The position numbers and the translations under genes are program-made. A DNA stretch of 61,225 bases from a virus (taxonomy: Duplodnaviria; Caudoviricetes). Of this stretch, positions 8,901 to 18,660 are shown piece after piece. The stretch is from positions 1 through 61,225 of IMG/VR virus record IMGVR_UViG_3300043437_000207. One strand, written 5' to 3'. Numbering within the stretch: position 1 is the first letter of the stretch; each line of letters opens with the position of its first letter. The notes beneath the pieces were generated by a model, which did not search any database, had not been told where the DNA came from, and was given only the letters and a program-made list of their open reading frames with translations.

Positions 8901-11330
8901 TTATTAAACACTGATAAGTCTTTAGTTACTCTTGGTTCTGTAGTTCAGGCTGGAGCATGGAGTGGTGCTGGATTCTTTGCTCCTGGTGCGCGACCTGATT
9001 TTGAAAATTTTGATGTTCCTTTTAGTTTACCAATAGGAAGTCATTATGCTGGAATAAAAGGTAGAGTAAGAAACCAATATGGTCAGCTTAATGGAATCAA
9101 ACAAATTGTAATTACGCCTTGTGAACAAAAGTTTGATCCAGCTTCTGTACCAACATTAGGACCTTATTCATTACCGGGATGTACAGGAATGTTTAGTTAT
9201 AAACAAATAGCTGCTACACCAATTTTATTTAATGGTGATACATATATCAACAGATACACTGAGAAAAATACAATGTGTTTCTATTATGATTGGTTGTATG
9301 CACAGCCTGATGGATTTGAGTATAACTACTACATTCATCAGATGATTCCTCAAACTAGATTTAATGTAAACAGTGTTAGATATGATGTTGGTGATTTGGC
9401 TGAAGCATTAAACTTTTCTTCACCTACTGTACCTGGTACCGGAGCTCTCCCTACTAGATTTTACAATCTTGATTATTATAAAGATAGTACTAGAAAATAT
9501 GATTATATAACAGATCAGCCAATAGGTTTTCCAGATACATATCCTGGTGTCTTTGGTGCCAAGCTTTCAAAGTTCTATTTGGCAAATTCATCTATCAGAG
9601 ATTTCTTTGTTGAGTCAGATGTATTAATTGACTTTAGAAAACAAGGAACTTATGATTGGGAAAAACATTATGATCCGTATAGATTTACAAACTATGGTAT
9701 CATGTTTAATGCAGATCCAAATATTTTGGGAAGAGGTAATGTCTATATTTATGATTATTCTTTAAGTGTATCTAAATTATACAACCAATACTTCTCTGCA
9801 GGTAATTTACAGAGTAGATACTATGACCCTAATGTGGCTAAGCTTTGCTTTACATATTATCCAGATAGATTGATCTATTCATTACCACAACAAGTAGAGG
9901 CCATTAAGGACAGCTGGTTTATTTTCTTAGCTAATAACTATGCTCAGTTTAGATCACAGATCTCAGGGGTTAAGTCAATAAATAAATCTGGTATCTTTAT
10001 TACTTTCAAAAATGATAGTCCAGTAATGTACCAAGGTGTTGATACACTACAAACTGATTTAGGTACTAAGATTACTATTGGTGATGGTGGATTATTTTCT
10101 CAACCACCACAGGCAGTATCTAATGCTGATAAGCCATATGAGTATGGATCATCTCAAAATAGATTGAGTGTTATTTCTACACCGGCTGGTATGTTCTATA
10201 CATGTCAAAACCAAGGTAAAATATTTTCTTATGCTGGAGGGTTAGATGAGATTTCTCAAAACGGAATGAAGTGGTGGTTTATCTTATTTATGCCATACAA
10301 ACTTACAGAAGATTTTCCTGATTACCCATATCAAGATAATCCTGTGGCCGGAATAGGTATGCAGTCAGTATATGATAACAATAATACTATCCTGTATTTT
10401 GCTAAGAAAGATTACGCGGTGAAACCAGACTATAAAGGTTTACTTGAGTATGTTCCATTAGATGCTAAAAAGAGAGGAGACTACTTTACATTGACAACAC
10501 AACCAGGCTCTCAGTTTTTACTTGGTGACCCAGTAGTATTTGATAATGCATCTTGGACAGTAAGTTATGATCCTAAGAATAAACATTGGATTAGTTTCCA
10601 TGACTGGCATCCAGATCTAATGATACCTGCTAAGGATGTATTCTTAACTACCAAGGATTCGGGGCTTTGGAAACATAACCTTATATGTTCAAACTACTGT
10701 AATTTCTACGGAGTGAATTATCCATTTGAGATAGAAATACCTATCCCTACAGGGCAAAGCGTAACTACTCTAAAATCTATTGAATACATATTAGAATGTT
10801 ATAGAAGATCAGCATTTAATTGTGTTGACCAGTTCCATGTTCTTGATTTTAATTTTGACCATGCTGTAATTTATAATACAGAACAAGTTTCAGGATACTT
10901 AAACCTTAACTTGTTTCCAAAGAATAATGTTACACTTAGTCTACAGTATCCAAAGTTAAATGCAAACCTATCATCTTTTGATGTATTGTTTTCTAAAGAG
11001 GAACAGAAGTATAGAATAAATCAGTTCTGGGATATTACTAGAGATCGCGCAGAGTTTCCTATTGGTTCAAACTATCCTCCAACAGGACCTGTTATTCCTG
11101 GAACAACAATCCTTCAAGGAAGTTATGATAGTAATTATACTTGGTTGACTGGTCCGGATGGGTACAGCAGAGTTCTTAATCCAACTAACATGGATTATAA
11201 TAAAGCACAAATGCAAAGAAAAAAGTTCAGACATTATCTTAACTTTATAACTTTGCGTAAAGATGTGTCTGGAGATGTAAACATGATCTTTAAATTAATG
11301 AATAGTAAGAACCAATTATCCCTTAGATAA
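5955..11330 (+). CDS. Tail stabilisation / muzzle protein (P22 gp10-like)
   Basis: 1791 aa. N-terminal FIKGLNKDSDP, YLRDEVYAFFIRW and C-terminal WTVSYD...WISFHDWHP motifs characteristic of crAss-like stabilisation proteins; beta-rich. Confidence 0.8.
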   Translation: MAKNNIQNTTDNQTKSFIKGLNKDSDPSYVTDGMWTHAVNAMNNTAEGDVGTLSNEISNFLCANSGATMPATVSKKYVIGAIQVFSDKWLIFTAGHNALGQPVMSEIGLFEDDACRYRPIVQDACLGFDKRYLISGSSREKEDCTWQVYWADGLNPDRYLNIGDDKTWPTSDYQWVGGGASSMNFYSNGTDTTFLWPGVEWNQKCITENNCTVCTNVNSLNCEHIRLARLMKTPCLNLTLGSQGGTMANGTYFAVIAYCIKGQKVTDWFSPSNNQFVFTPNDLESSLVLEVSADSENFDEFVLALVQNINQGTVAKQIGFYSTKTTTIAIDQVDPSLVTIPLEQIPIQTPVFEKSDQMTDVNNYLLRVGPTSKFDFNYQPLANLIQAKWASVEYPADYYVQGGNHTNYLRDEVYAFFIRWVYDTGDKSSSYHIPGRPPQNFTIPTTGASVAETATAVLPNNLATDDQVFEVYNTAYSTGGAYVGTTLPDGGVVLDTGNMGYWESSEIYPDNRPDIWNSSEYCWTTPAGQNSQYDLCGQPIRHHKFPENFLNNSASTTTVHFRNNPNPSTFGNDYFIRIMGVYFENIVLPKDQEGNDIPGIVGYEILRGSREGNKTIIAKGMVNNFRTFTIKGSAAKGRTGLYANYPFNTINPISPNSGDMVGVDDPYMHQINQTIPQDIVSFHSPDTMFRSPYLSTTELKLYGNLSGFSSQQFIEPDKHPRFKLLADIALFPMFLLGIGEAIVSMIGKRTDTAPNIIPATGVSDGAGVAVTTYTTAATGLQTLPTPLTSPITLYNTFYNNYYSSGAAIADIGAGLLGIPTTVEVAEGAIVTALNATSIAQVNAPIIRTGTIELPAYAYLPAPLRIAGGANQILFYFSEGASTTLDLIYALLPYRQFALQQIAHGFYSGMNRNPAANLYRFKIEESFYMRDNIQEISRYQTNTGVWKSFSINNLKRPDSVVVRTKSGPYFNPAYPDGVTTGPSLLNTDKSLVTLGSVVQAGAWSGAGFFAPGARPDFENFDVPFSLPIGSHYAGIKGRVRNQYGQLNGIKQIVITPCEQKFDPASVPTLGPYSLPGCTGMFSYKQIAATPILFNGDTYINRYTEKNTMCFYYDWLYAQPDGFEYNYYIHQMIPQTRFNVNSVRYDVGDLAEALNFSSPTVPGTGALPTRFYNLDYYKDSTRKYDYITDQPIGFPDTYPGVFGAKLSKFYLANSSIRDFFVESDVLIDFRKQGTYDWEKHYDPYRFTNYGIMFNADPNILGRGNVYIYDYSLSVSKLYNQYFSAGNLQSRYYDPNVAKLCFTYYPDRLIYSLPQQVEAIKDSWFIFLANNYAQFRSQISGVKSINKSGIFITFKNDSPVMYQGVDTLQTDLGTKITIGDGGLFSQPPQAVSNADKPYEYGSSQNRLSVISTPAGMFYTCQNQGKIFSYAGGLDEISQNGMKWWFILFMPYKLTEDFPDYPYQDNPVAGIGMQSVYDNNNTILYFAKKDYAVKPDYKGLLEYVPLDAKKRGDYFTLTTQPGSQFLLGDPVVFDNASWTVSYDPKNKHWISFHDWHPDLMIPAKDVFLTTKDSGLWKHNLICSNYCNFYGVNYPFEIEIPIPTGQSVTTLKSIEYILECYRRSAFNCVDQFHVLDFNFDHAVIYNTEQVSGYLNLNLFPKNNVTLSLQYPKLNANLSSFDVLFSKEEQKYRINQFWDITRDRAEFPIGSNYPPTGPVIPGTTILQGSYDSNYTWLTGPDGYSRVLNPTNMDYNKAQMQRKKFRHYLNFITLRKDVSGDVNMIFKLMNSKNQLSLR

Positions 11331-14300
11331 TGTATAATAAAAAAGTCCTTAAGAAAATCACTTCTAGCTTAGACAAAGCTAAGAAACCTGCTGTTCCTAA
11401 AGATATTATTGTTGACCCAAAAGGACAATGGAATCACCCAGGAAAAGTAACACGTATACCTGCAAGTAACATTACTATGCAAGGAGTAAACTATCCTGTT
11501 ATGGGTGTACCAAATATTGGCATGCCTGTAATGATGTATCCAGGTCAAGACTATGATTTTCCAGGTGCTGACTATGTTGATGAGTATCCTCAAATGCAAG
11601 ATGGTGGTGAGCAAGATGGTATGAATGCAATGATGAAAGCTAGACTTGCATATGCAAATGAGTTTGGTAATCCTGCAGCTAAGAGAATGATCAACCTACC
11701 TGATAATCCATATCAATTTGATAATGGAGATACAGGTACACATTATATGGCAAGTATGGATAACTATGCTGTACCACAAATTCAAGATGAGAATGGTCAG
11801 TTGATGTTAGGAGACTATGGTCCGGAGTCTAATGAAGCAATGAGATTTGAGTCAGATGAAGATGCTAATTATTTTGCTAAGCATTATAAAGATGTTTCTC
11901 CAGGCTTTATGGAAATGGATCTTAGTCCAGAAGAAATAGAAGAGTATGCTAAAGGAGGTTTTATCATAGAAGATATATCCGTACCAGAACTTACTAAAGC
12001 TCAAAAAGGTCTTACTAAAAAACCTTTAGAAATTAGTGACCCAAAAGAATTTGCTTACAGAAATAAAATGTATAATGACAGTTTAGTAGCTTATAATAGA
12101 GATATTAACTTTGATAGAGAGTATATAAATTTAGTTAAAAAAGCAAAATCTTTTAATGAAATATATGAAGGAAAGCAAAAACTGCAAAATAAATATCCAT
12201 TAAATAAAGTTAAACCTTCCATAACACGACATATTAGTTCTTCTCCTATAATTGCAATTAATCCAATTGTTAATTATAAAGCTAAAAATGTAATAGATTT
12301 TAAAAAACCAACACAACCTGTAATATTTAAAAATCAAATTGTACCTACAGTAGAACAAATGGTAACACCTGCAAAAGTTGTACAACCTACACAAAAAAAA
12401 GTTGTTGCTCCTGTAGTACAACCTAAACCTATAACACCTAGTAAACCTACAGCTTATAGAAGTCAAACAGTAATGTATCCTGATGGTAGTTATGAATTAA
12501 GAAGAGTACCTTATTATACGGGTAATGATAAAGGTACATGGACACAAGGTACAAAACTTAATCCTCCGGGTGTTGTAAATGCAACAGATTTATCTCCAGA
12601 AGAACAACAGACTTTAAAAAATAAAAATAAATTAAATTCTAAGAAAGAAGGTGGTGTATTATTAAAAGCTCAAAATGGAAAAACTGTAAAACATACTGAT
12701 AAAAAAGGTAACACTACAACAACAGTTACTGATGATGATGGTACTCAATACATAAAAGTAAAAACTGCTGATGGTAAAGTTTATAATAAAACTGTACCAG
12801 CAATGAAACCAATGTCTCGTGATGAGTTTATGCAAACTGACTATTATAACCAACGTAATCAGTTTCCAGTAATTAATCAGAAATCAGAAACTTTACAAAA
12901 CAGTGCTGCACAGACCGGTCTTAAAACAGATCAAAGATCAGTAGCTCTTAGGAATAAAGCATCACAGGAATACCACACAATGCGTGAAGAACTAATTCCT
13001 ATGATGGCTCATAAAACTGGAATGTCAGAAGATGATGCTAGACGTGCTGTGTATAATATTGATACAGATGTAGATGCATTATACAACAAATATATTTCTC
13101 CTAATGCAGGTAGACCAGATACAATCAAAAAGTTTGTACCTAGAGCTAAACAAAAATGGGATGATAAAGCAATGGACATATTATTTAATCCTATGACTGC
13201 AGCTGGTCATTGGATGCGTGGCCAAGAAGTACCTGATTATTTACAAGAGTCATTAGATAATGGAACCTATGGGTATTGGGCAAACGGAGTATGGCATACT
13301 GAAAGAAATCCTTTTGATGTTGTAACTGATAATACCCCTATAGGGGCAGTCCATGCTGCAAAAAATATTTATGACAGAGCTACAGATAATGTAGATGGTA
13401 ATTTTTGGACTGCTGAAAATGCAATGGATGCTGCAAATATTATACCTACAGCAGCACTAATGAAAGGTATGAAAGGCTTAAAAGGATTTAGATCAAAATC
13501 TTTACCGTTAGATGTATCATCTGATATTTCAAGAATAACATCAAATTCAAATAGAGCGCTTGATTTAGGTTCAGATGTAATAAGACCTTTTAAATCTACA
13601 CAGGCTGGACTTACTACTATTGGTGATCTCACAAGACAATTAGAACCTATAGTTAATAATGAAGGTAGAGTAATTAGACAAATTGGAGATCCTAAATATA
13701 CAGAAACAGGATTACAAAAATTTATTGGTAATACAGGAGCTACTGCAAAAACAGCATCTAAAGCACTTGATGAACAAGGTTTATTAAATAAATCAATAAC
13801 TCAAGATGATATTTATAGCCAACAAGATATAGAAAGACTTAAACGTGTGAATAATGAAAATATATCATATGAAGATTTTGATTGGGGTAACCAAGATGAG
13901 AATGATGATCTAGGAATGAATATGTTTGGTGATAATGAAATGGCCAGAATCTTTGGTGAATCAAATCAACTAAGAACTCCTCCTAATGAAATTTATCTTC
14001 CGGATATTCAAACAAATCCTGTATCAAGAGATACACGTATGGAAATAGTAAATCAAAGAGCTCAACTTAAAAATAAATATGATGCGTTAGGTTTAGACAA
14101 TTATCCATCATTGGAGGAGGCTCCTGAAAATGTACGCTTAAGAGCTTTTGAATTAGAAAAGAAAATTTCTGATATTGATAATTTTTTAGATAGAGCAAGA
14201 CAAAAAAGAATTCAACAACTTACATCTACCCCAGGATTGAATGATATACTTGCTTTTAGAAACCAACCTGGATATATTAACTCAACAACACCTTCTACTG

Positions 14301-16204
14301 TTAATGGTATATCAAGTAAAGATCTTTATCAATTACGTGCTGATCTTGACCGTCTTAATGCTGAAGCAGTTGATCTTTTATTTAATTCATCTAACAAACC
14401 AAAAACACCTGAACAAATAGCAAGAGCTGAAGAAGTAAATAACCAAGTAAGAAAACTAAGAACAGAAATAAATAATAGAACATCTGCCGCACCAGCAGGC
14501 CAGATTGATTTAACCAGACCACGTAGAAATTCTAGAGGTGTAATTGACATTACAGATAATCAACAAATACAACCTATTGCAGAACCTAATCCATTTTTTG
14601 CTTTACAAGGAGATAGAACATCACCACATACAATTCCAAGAAGAACTTCGCGAATTATTAACAGTAATACAGTTCCTGGTACTCCATATACAATAGCAGA
14701 AACTCTTTCTGTACATGATAATCCATTAAATGTAGTTAATGAAGTTAGAAGGCTTGTCCAAGATCAAGCAATTAATTCAACAACTGCTTCTGATTTAATG
14801 AATGCGTTAAGAGGTGAAATAAGAGATATGCCTATAGATTCAAAACAGAAAAAGTTTTTTATATCTGAAGCTACAAGAATAAGTAAGATTCCAAAAGATG
14901 TAGTTTATACAGGTTCAGCAAAACCAAATTCTGAAATTTATAAACTTAGTGAAAGTTGGGCAACTACCCCAGAAGAAAGAGAAGCTATACAAAAGTTATT
15001 AGTTGATAATTATGGATATTCACTGGATGACCTAGAGGGATTTATAGATAGATATGTAACTAGTGATTTATTAATAAATGTTTTTAATAATCAAGTATAT
15101 GATGATGTAAGATATGTTTTAGAACATGGTGTACCAAATCCTAACCTTCCTGTTTTTAATCGTAGAACTGGTGAGATTTCACCATTATTAAAAAACCAAA
15201 CTGAACTTCATCAAGCAGGTTTATCTAAAGATGTTGTAAATAAGATTGAAGATACAATGTATACTTATTCAATGTCAAATACAACAGGTACAGTAAATTA
15301 TAGTCAAGTTCAAGAACCTATAATTCATAAACTTAAGGATAATAAACTTATTGCTAAAACTGAAGAACTTGACGGATTAATTTCAAGTTATGAAACAGCT
15401 ATTTCTAAATTAGGAGACGGTGAGTTAAAAGAAAATCTTACAAGACAACTTGAAGATTACAAAGGAACAAAATGGCTTAGAACAGAATATGCAGATGAAT
15501 TAAAAGCCCAGGGACTCAAACCAAATAAAATTGAAAAAGCTTCTATTATTTCAAACTCTCATGGTCAGAAAAATTTAGTAGATGGTGATGGAAATATTAT
15601 TGGTACCTTAAACGCATATAAAGCAAAAACTCATGAAGGAACACAAGGTTATAAAATTGGTAGTACCGGAGTAAATTATAAATTTCACCCCTACAATTTA
15701 AAACATAGTAAATTTGAAAATTGGGATGAAGCACAAGATTTTTTAGAAAATGAAGAAATTGAAAAACTTATAGCAACAATAACAAATGAATCTGATAAAA
15801 CAAATCCTATTGTTTTAAAACATTTTAAAAGACAAGCAAAAGCAAAAGCAAAAGAAACTGTTAAACGTCTTCAAGAAAATAATGAAAACAGATATGGTGA
15901 AGCATTATATAGAGGAGTTCATCATGCAGTTAAAGATACAAAAGGTGCAGTATTTACAGATCAACATTTTGTTAATACAAAACTTCCTGATCCATTTACT
16001 GGAGAAATTATTAACCGTAAAAGAGCTGAAGATTATTGGAACAGTCAAGCTAAACAATACAATGAAGCTGGAATTCCTAAATCTGAATTTGTAAATCCTC
16101 CTCCACCAACTAATGCTCATGGATATGGAACAGATGAACCACACATTATTATTAGAAGACAACAAGGTGGTGATTTAAGTAAACTAAATAAGTTTATTCA
16201 TTAA
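11330..16204 (+). CDS. Large modular virion cargo protein with xxxGG-delimited domains
   Basis: 1624 aa directly after the muzzle gene. N-terminal GQWNHPG...DEYP module; motifs MQDGG, YAKGG, KAQKG, KKEGG, KAQNG and RQQGG; possible GNAT-like C-terminus. Confidence 0.6.
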   Translation: MYNKKVLKKITSSLDKAKKPAVPKDIIVDPKGQWNHPGKVTRIPASNITMQGVNYPVMGVPNIGMPVMMYPGQDYDFPGADYVDEYPQMQDGGEQDGMNAMMKARLAYANEFGNPAAKRMINLPDNPYQFDNGDTGTHYMASMDNYAVPQIQDENGQLMLGDYGPESNEAMRFESDEDANYFAKHYKDVSPGFMEMDLSPEEIEEYAKGGFIIEDISVPELTKAQKGLTKKPLEISDPKEFAYRNKMYNDSLVAYNRDINFDREYINLVKKAKSFNEIYEGKQKLQNKYPLNKVKPSITRHISSSPIIAINPIVNYKAKNVIDFKKPTQPVIFKNQIVPTVEQMVTPAKVVQPTQKKVVAPVVQPKPITPSKPTAYRSQTVMYPDGSYELRRVPYYTGNDKGTWTQGTKLNPPGVVNATDLSPEEQQTLKNKNKLNSKKEGGVLLKAQNGKTVKHTDKKGNTTTTVTDDDGTQYIKVKTADGKVYNKTVPAMKPMSRDEFMQTDYYNQRNQFPVINQKSETLQNSAAQTGLKTDQRSVALRNKASQEYHTMREELIPMMAHKTGMSEDDARRAVYNIDTDVDALYNKYISPNAGRPDTIKKFVPRAKQKWDDKAMDILFNPMTAAGHWMRGQEVPDYLQESLDNGTYGYWANGVWHTERNPFDVVTDNTPIGAVHAAKNIYDRATDNVDGNFWTAENAMDAANIIPTAALMKGMKGLKGFRSKSLPLDVSSDISRITSNSNRALDLGSDVIRPFKSTQAGLTTIGDLTRQLEPIVNNEGRVIRQIGDPKYTETGLQKFIGNTGATAKTASKALDEQGLLNKSITQDDIYSQQDIERLKRVNNENISYEDFDWGNQDENDDLGMNMFGDNEMARIFGESNQLRTPPNEIYLPDIQTNPVSRDTRMEIVNQRAQLKNKYDALGLDNYPSLEEAPENVRLRAFELEKKISDIDNFLDRARQKRIQQLTSTPGLNDILAFRNQPGYINSTTPSTVNGISSKDLYQLRADLDRLNAEAVDLLFNSSNKPKTPEQIARAEEVNNQVRKLRTEINNRTSAAPAGQIDLTRPRRNSRGVIDITDNQQIQPIAEPNPFFALQGDRTSPHTIPRRTSRIINSNTVPGTPYTIAETLSVHDNPLNVVNEVRRLVQDQAINSTTASDLMNALRGEIRDMPIDSKQKKFFISEATRISKIPKDVVYTGSAKPNSEIYKLSESWATTPEEREAIQKLLVDNYGYSLDDLEGFIDRYVTSDLLINVFNNQVYDDVRYVLEHGVPNPNLPVFNRRTGEISPLLKNQTELHQAGLSKDVVNKIEDTMYTYSMSNTTGTVNYSQVQEPIIHKLKDNKLIAKTEELDGLISSYETAISKLGDGELKENLTRQLEDYKGTKWLRTEYADELKAQGLKPNKIEKASIISNSHGQKNLVDGDGNIIGTLNAYKAKTHEGTQGYKIGSTGVNYKFHPYNLKHSKFENWDEAQDFLENEEIEKLIATITNESDKTNPIVLKHFKRQAKAKAKETVKRLQENNENRYGEALYRGVHHAVKDTKGAVFTDQHFVNTKLPDPFTGEIINRKRAEDYWNSQAKQYNEAGIPKSEFVNPPPPTNAHGYGTDEPHIIIRRQQGGDLSKLNKFIH

Positions 16205-16223
16205 ATTAAAAATTAGTATATTT
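16180..16223 (+). promoter_or_regulatory. Palindrome TAAACT-N5-AGTTTA plus TAGTATATT promoter element
   Basis: taaact-aaata-agttta at 16180-16196, a 17-nt spacer, then TAGTATATT at 16214, upstream of ATG 16240. Confidence 0.55.
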
Positions 16224-16239
16224 AGATATATAGACTATT

Positions 16240-18651
16240 ATGGCAAAAGTAAGAATACGTAAAGCTGGTCCTGGAGAAACTGCAGGATATTATAACAAGA
16301 CAGCTATGTTCTTGAACAAAGCTCAGATGGGACAAGAAGTACAGTCTGAAGAACCTCAAGGACAATCTCAAGAGGAAATGGTTCAAGCATACTATCAGTA
16401 TGCTGAACAACAGTTATCAAATGAGGTAGCACCTGATAAGGTGTATACTGACCTTGTTAGTAATGGTCTACCAGAACAAGTTGCATATCAGATGATTACA
16501 TCTCTTATGGATAAACTTGTAGATGATGGTATCATTAATCCTGATTACAAAAGAGAAAAAGAAAATCCTAATCAAGAAGAAGCTCAGGCAGTTGAAGAAG
16601 AGCCTGCTGCTGTTGAACAACAACAAGAGGATCAGTCAATGTTTGAAGAAGATCAAGATGCAGCTGATGCAGAAGAAGAGTATGTTCAAGATAGATCTTA
16701 CATGCAAATGGGAGGTTATACTGAAGATGACTATGATGCTCAAAATAGTATGATGGATCAGTATTCTGAAGTTAAGGATAATACTGCTGAACCATTTAAT
16801 TTTCAAGAACTTATTAGCAAAACACCGGGTATCCAACCTGGTTTAAACTTTCCAAGTTTATCAGAATATATTCCGGATTATCAAAATATCCAATGGAATA
16901 ATATGGATGCATTACAATCTGAACAAACTGATGAAGACATGTTACCACAACTTGAATCACAAAGAGTTGGTGGCATGGTTAAGAAAAAACAGTTTGTTAA
17001 AAATGTAATGTCTCTTTTGAAAAAACAAGAAGGAGGAGATAATACAGAACAAGAAGATCCAACATTGGGTAAAGGTAATCCTATGGATACACTTACTGAA
17101 GATGTTCAAAAACATAAAAACAATTTCTTAAGTGCTATTAAGACTAAGGCTAATACTGTCAAAACAGAAGAGATGTATGACAAGTTAAGAAAGTCTAATG
17201 ATCCTAGTATGCAGCAACTAGCAATGGGACAACAGTTTCAAGTTGGTGGTATGACGGGTGGTCAAGATCCATTGTTTAGATTTCTTGGTGGTGGTGATCA
17301 AGGATTTCAAGAAGATCCTAATTACTATGAAGCAGACTTTTTACCTGAAGCAGCTTATGGATATTCTACAGGAAACTTAAGAAAAGCTGAAGAAGGAGAA
17401 GAAGTAAAAGCTGATGCAATTCCTAAAGCTAGAATTAATTATGTTCCAAGATACAATAGTACTCCTGGTACATGGGCAAGAAGCTTAACACCATGGAATG
17501 CTATAATGGAATCTTCAAATGTTGATGTACCAATTAGCAAACCATATAACTATGGAACTAATACTGAGTACACAGGTCCATTTGCTGGATTAACACCTGT
17601 TGCTAGACAAGTTACTAAGAGAGGTATCTTTGGAAGACCAAAGAGATACACTGATATTTATGCTATGCAAGATGCTGAAGCTAATGGTGAAATAACAGCT
17701 GACGGCAACACATTAATATTCCCAGAGAGAAACTCCAGAGGGTATGCAGATCTTCCCCTATTGGATAATCCACATGGAGAAAAGATAAAGCATAACTATG
17801 AAGACTTTGATGATTTAAGTATGAAAGCTAAGATGGCTATCAGAAGAGGTGAGAGATTCATGAATAGAAACACTAGAAGACTAGATAGAGATCCAGACTT
17901 TAAAGATGTTGAATACGCGTATGGAGGAGCACTAGATAGTTACATGCCTAAAGCACAAGGAGGATTAACCATTAATAATCCTAATCTTCCTCAACCGGCA
18001 CCTGGTAATACAGAACTTACATTAACTAATCAGCCAGGTCTTATAGGGCAGGTTAATCAAGGCCCAAATACTGTATGGGGTCAGCAACAATCTTTCAGTC
18101 AACCTGCACCAGTTAATAAAGAAGCTGCTGCATACAATAGTAATAATCCTTCTTATGTAACTGAACCGTTAGGAAATGACTTGTCTGAATGTACAGAAGA
18201 ACAAAAGAAAGATCCTACTAGTAAATGTTACAATGCAGGACAAATGACTTATGTTGGTGTTGATGTCCGCAATGATAGAAGTAAGACTGTAGATCCAGAA
18301 GCTGGTGTAAATGTTTTTAATGCTGGTGTCAGAGGTATAACAGGACTATTGAATAGAAAAGATGAGAAGAGAAGAGAAAGACAGATGTATGACAATCAAA
18401 CATCTAATAATCTTTATGCTTCTCAAGCAGGCATGATGAAAGGTCAATGGAATGACTTAGGTTCTATGGCTGGTATGTATAATCCTGGTGACACCGGTCA
18501 AGATACAAGTGGTTATTCATCATATGGTAAATATGGTGGTTACATGCAAGACGGTGGTGAATCAGATTATGATGAAGGTGATGAAGTTTACATGACAGAA
18601 GATGACATTAAAAACTTCATGGCTAATGGTGGAGAAATTGAATACATATAA
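16240..18651 (+). CDS. Acidic, Gln-rich virion cargo protein with many xxxGG motifs
   Basis: 803 aa, low complexity (E/Q/D/M-rich), about 12 motifs of the type KAQMG/MQMGG/FQVGG/YAYGG/MQDGG. Confidence 0.6.
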   Translation: MAKVRIRKAGPGETAGYYNKTAMFLNKAQMGQEVQSEEPQGQSQEEMVQAYYQYAEQQLSNEVAPDKVYTDLVSNGLPEQVAYQMITSLMDKLVDDGIINPDYKREKENPNQEEAQAVEEEPAAVEQQQEDQSMFEEDQDAADAEEEYVQDRSYMQMGGYTEDDYDAQNSMMDQYSEVKDNTAEPFNFQELISKTPGIQPGLNFPSLSEYIPDYQNIQWNNMDALQSEQTDEDMLPQLESQRVGGMVKKKQFVKNVMSLLKKQEGGDNTEQEDPTLGKGNPMDTLTEDVQKHKNNFLSAIKTKANTVKTEEMYDKLRKSNDPSMQQLAMGQQFQVGGMTGGQDPLFRFLGGGDQGFQEDPNYYEADFLPEAAYGYSTGNLRKAEEGEEVKADAIPKARINYVPRYNSTPGTWARSLTPWNAIMESSNVDVPISKPYNYGTNTEYTGPFAGLTPVARQVTKRGIFGRPKRYTDIYAMQDAEANGEITADGNTLIFPERNSRGYADLPLLDNPHGEKIKHNYEDFDDLSMKAKMAIRRGERFMNRNTRRLDRDPDFKDVEYAYGGALDSYMPKAQGGLTINNPNLPQPAPGNTELTLTNQPGLIGQVNQGPNTVWGQQQSFSQPAPVNKEAAAYNSNNPSYVTEPLGNDLSECTEEQKKDPTSKCYNAGQMTYVGVDVRNDRSKTVDPEAGVNVFNAGVRGITGLLNRKDEKRRERQMYDNQTSNNLYASQAGMMKGQWNDLGSMAGMYNPGDTGQDTSGYSSYGKYGGYMQDGGESDYDEGDEVYMTEDDIKNFMANGGEIEYI

Positions 18652-18660
18652 TTTTACAAC

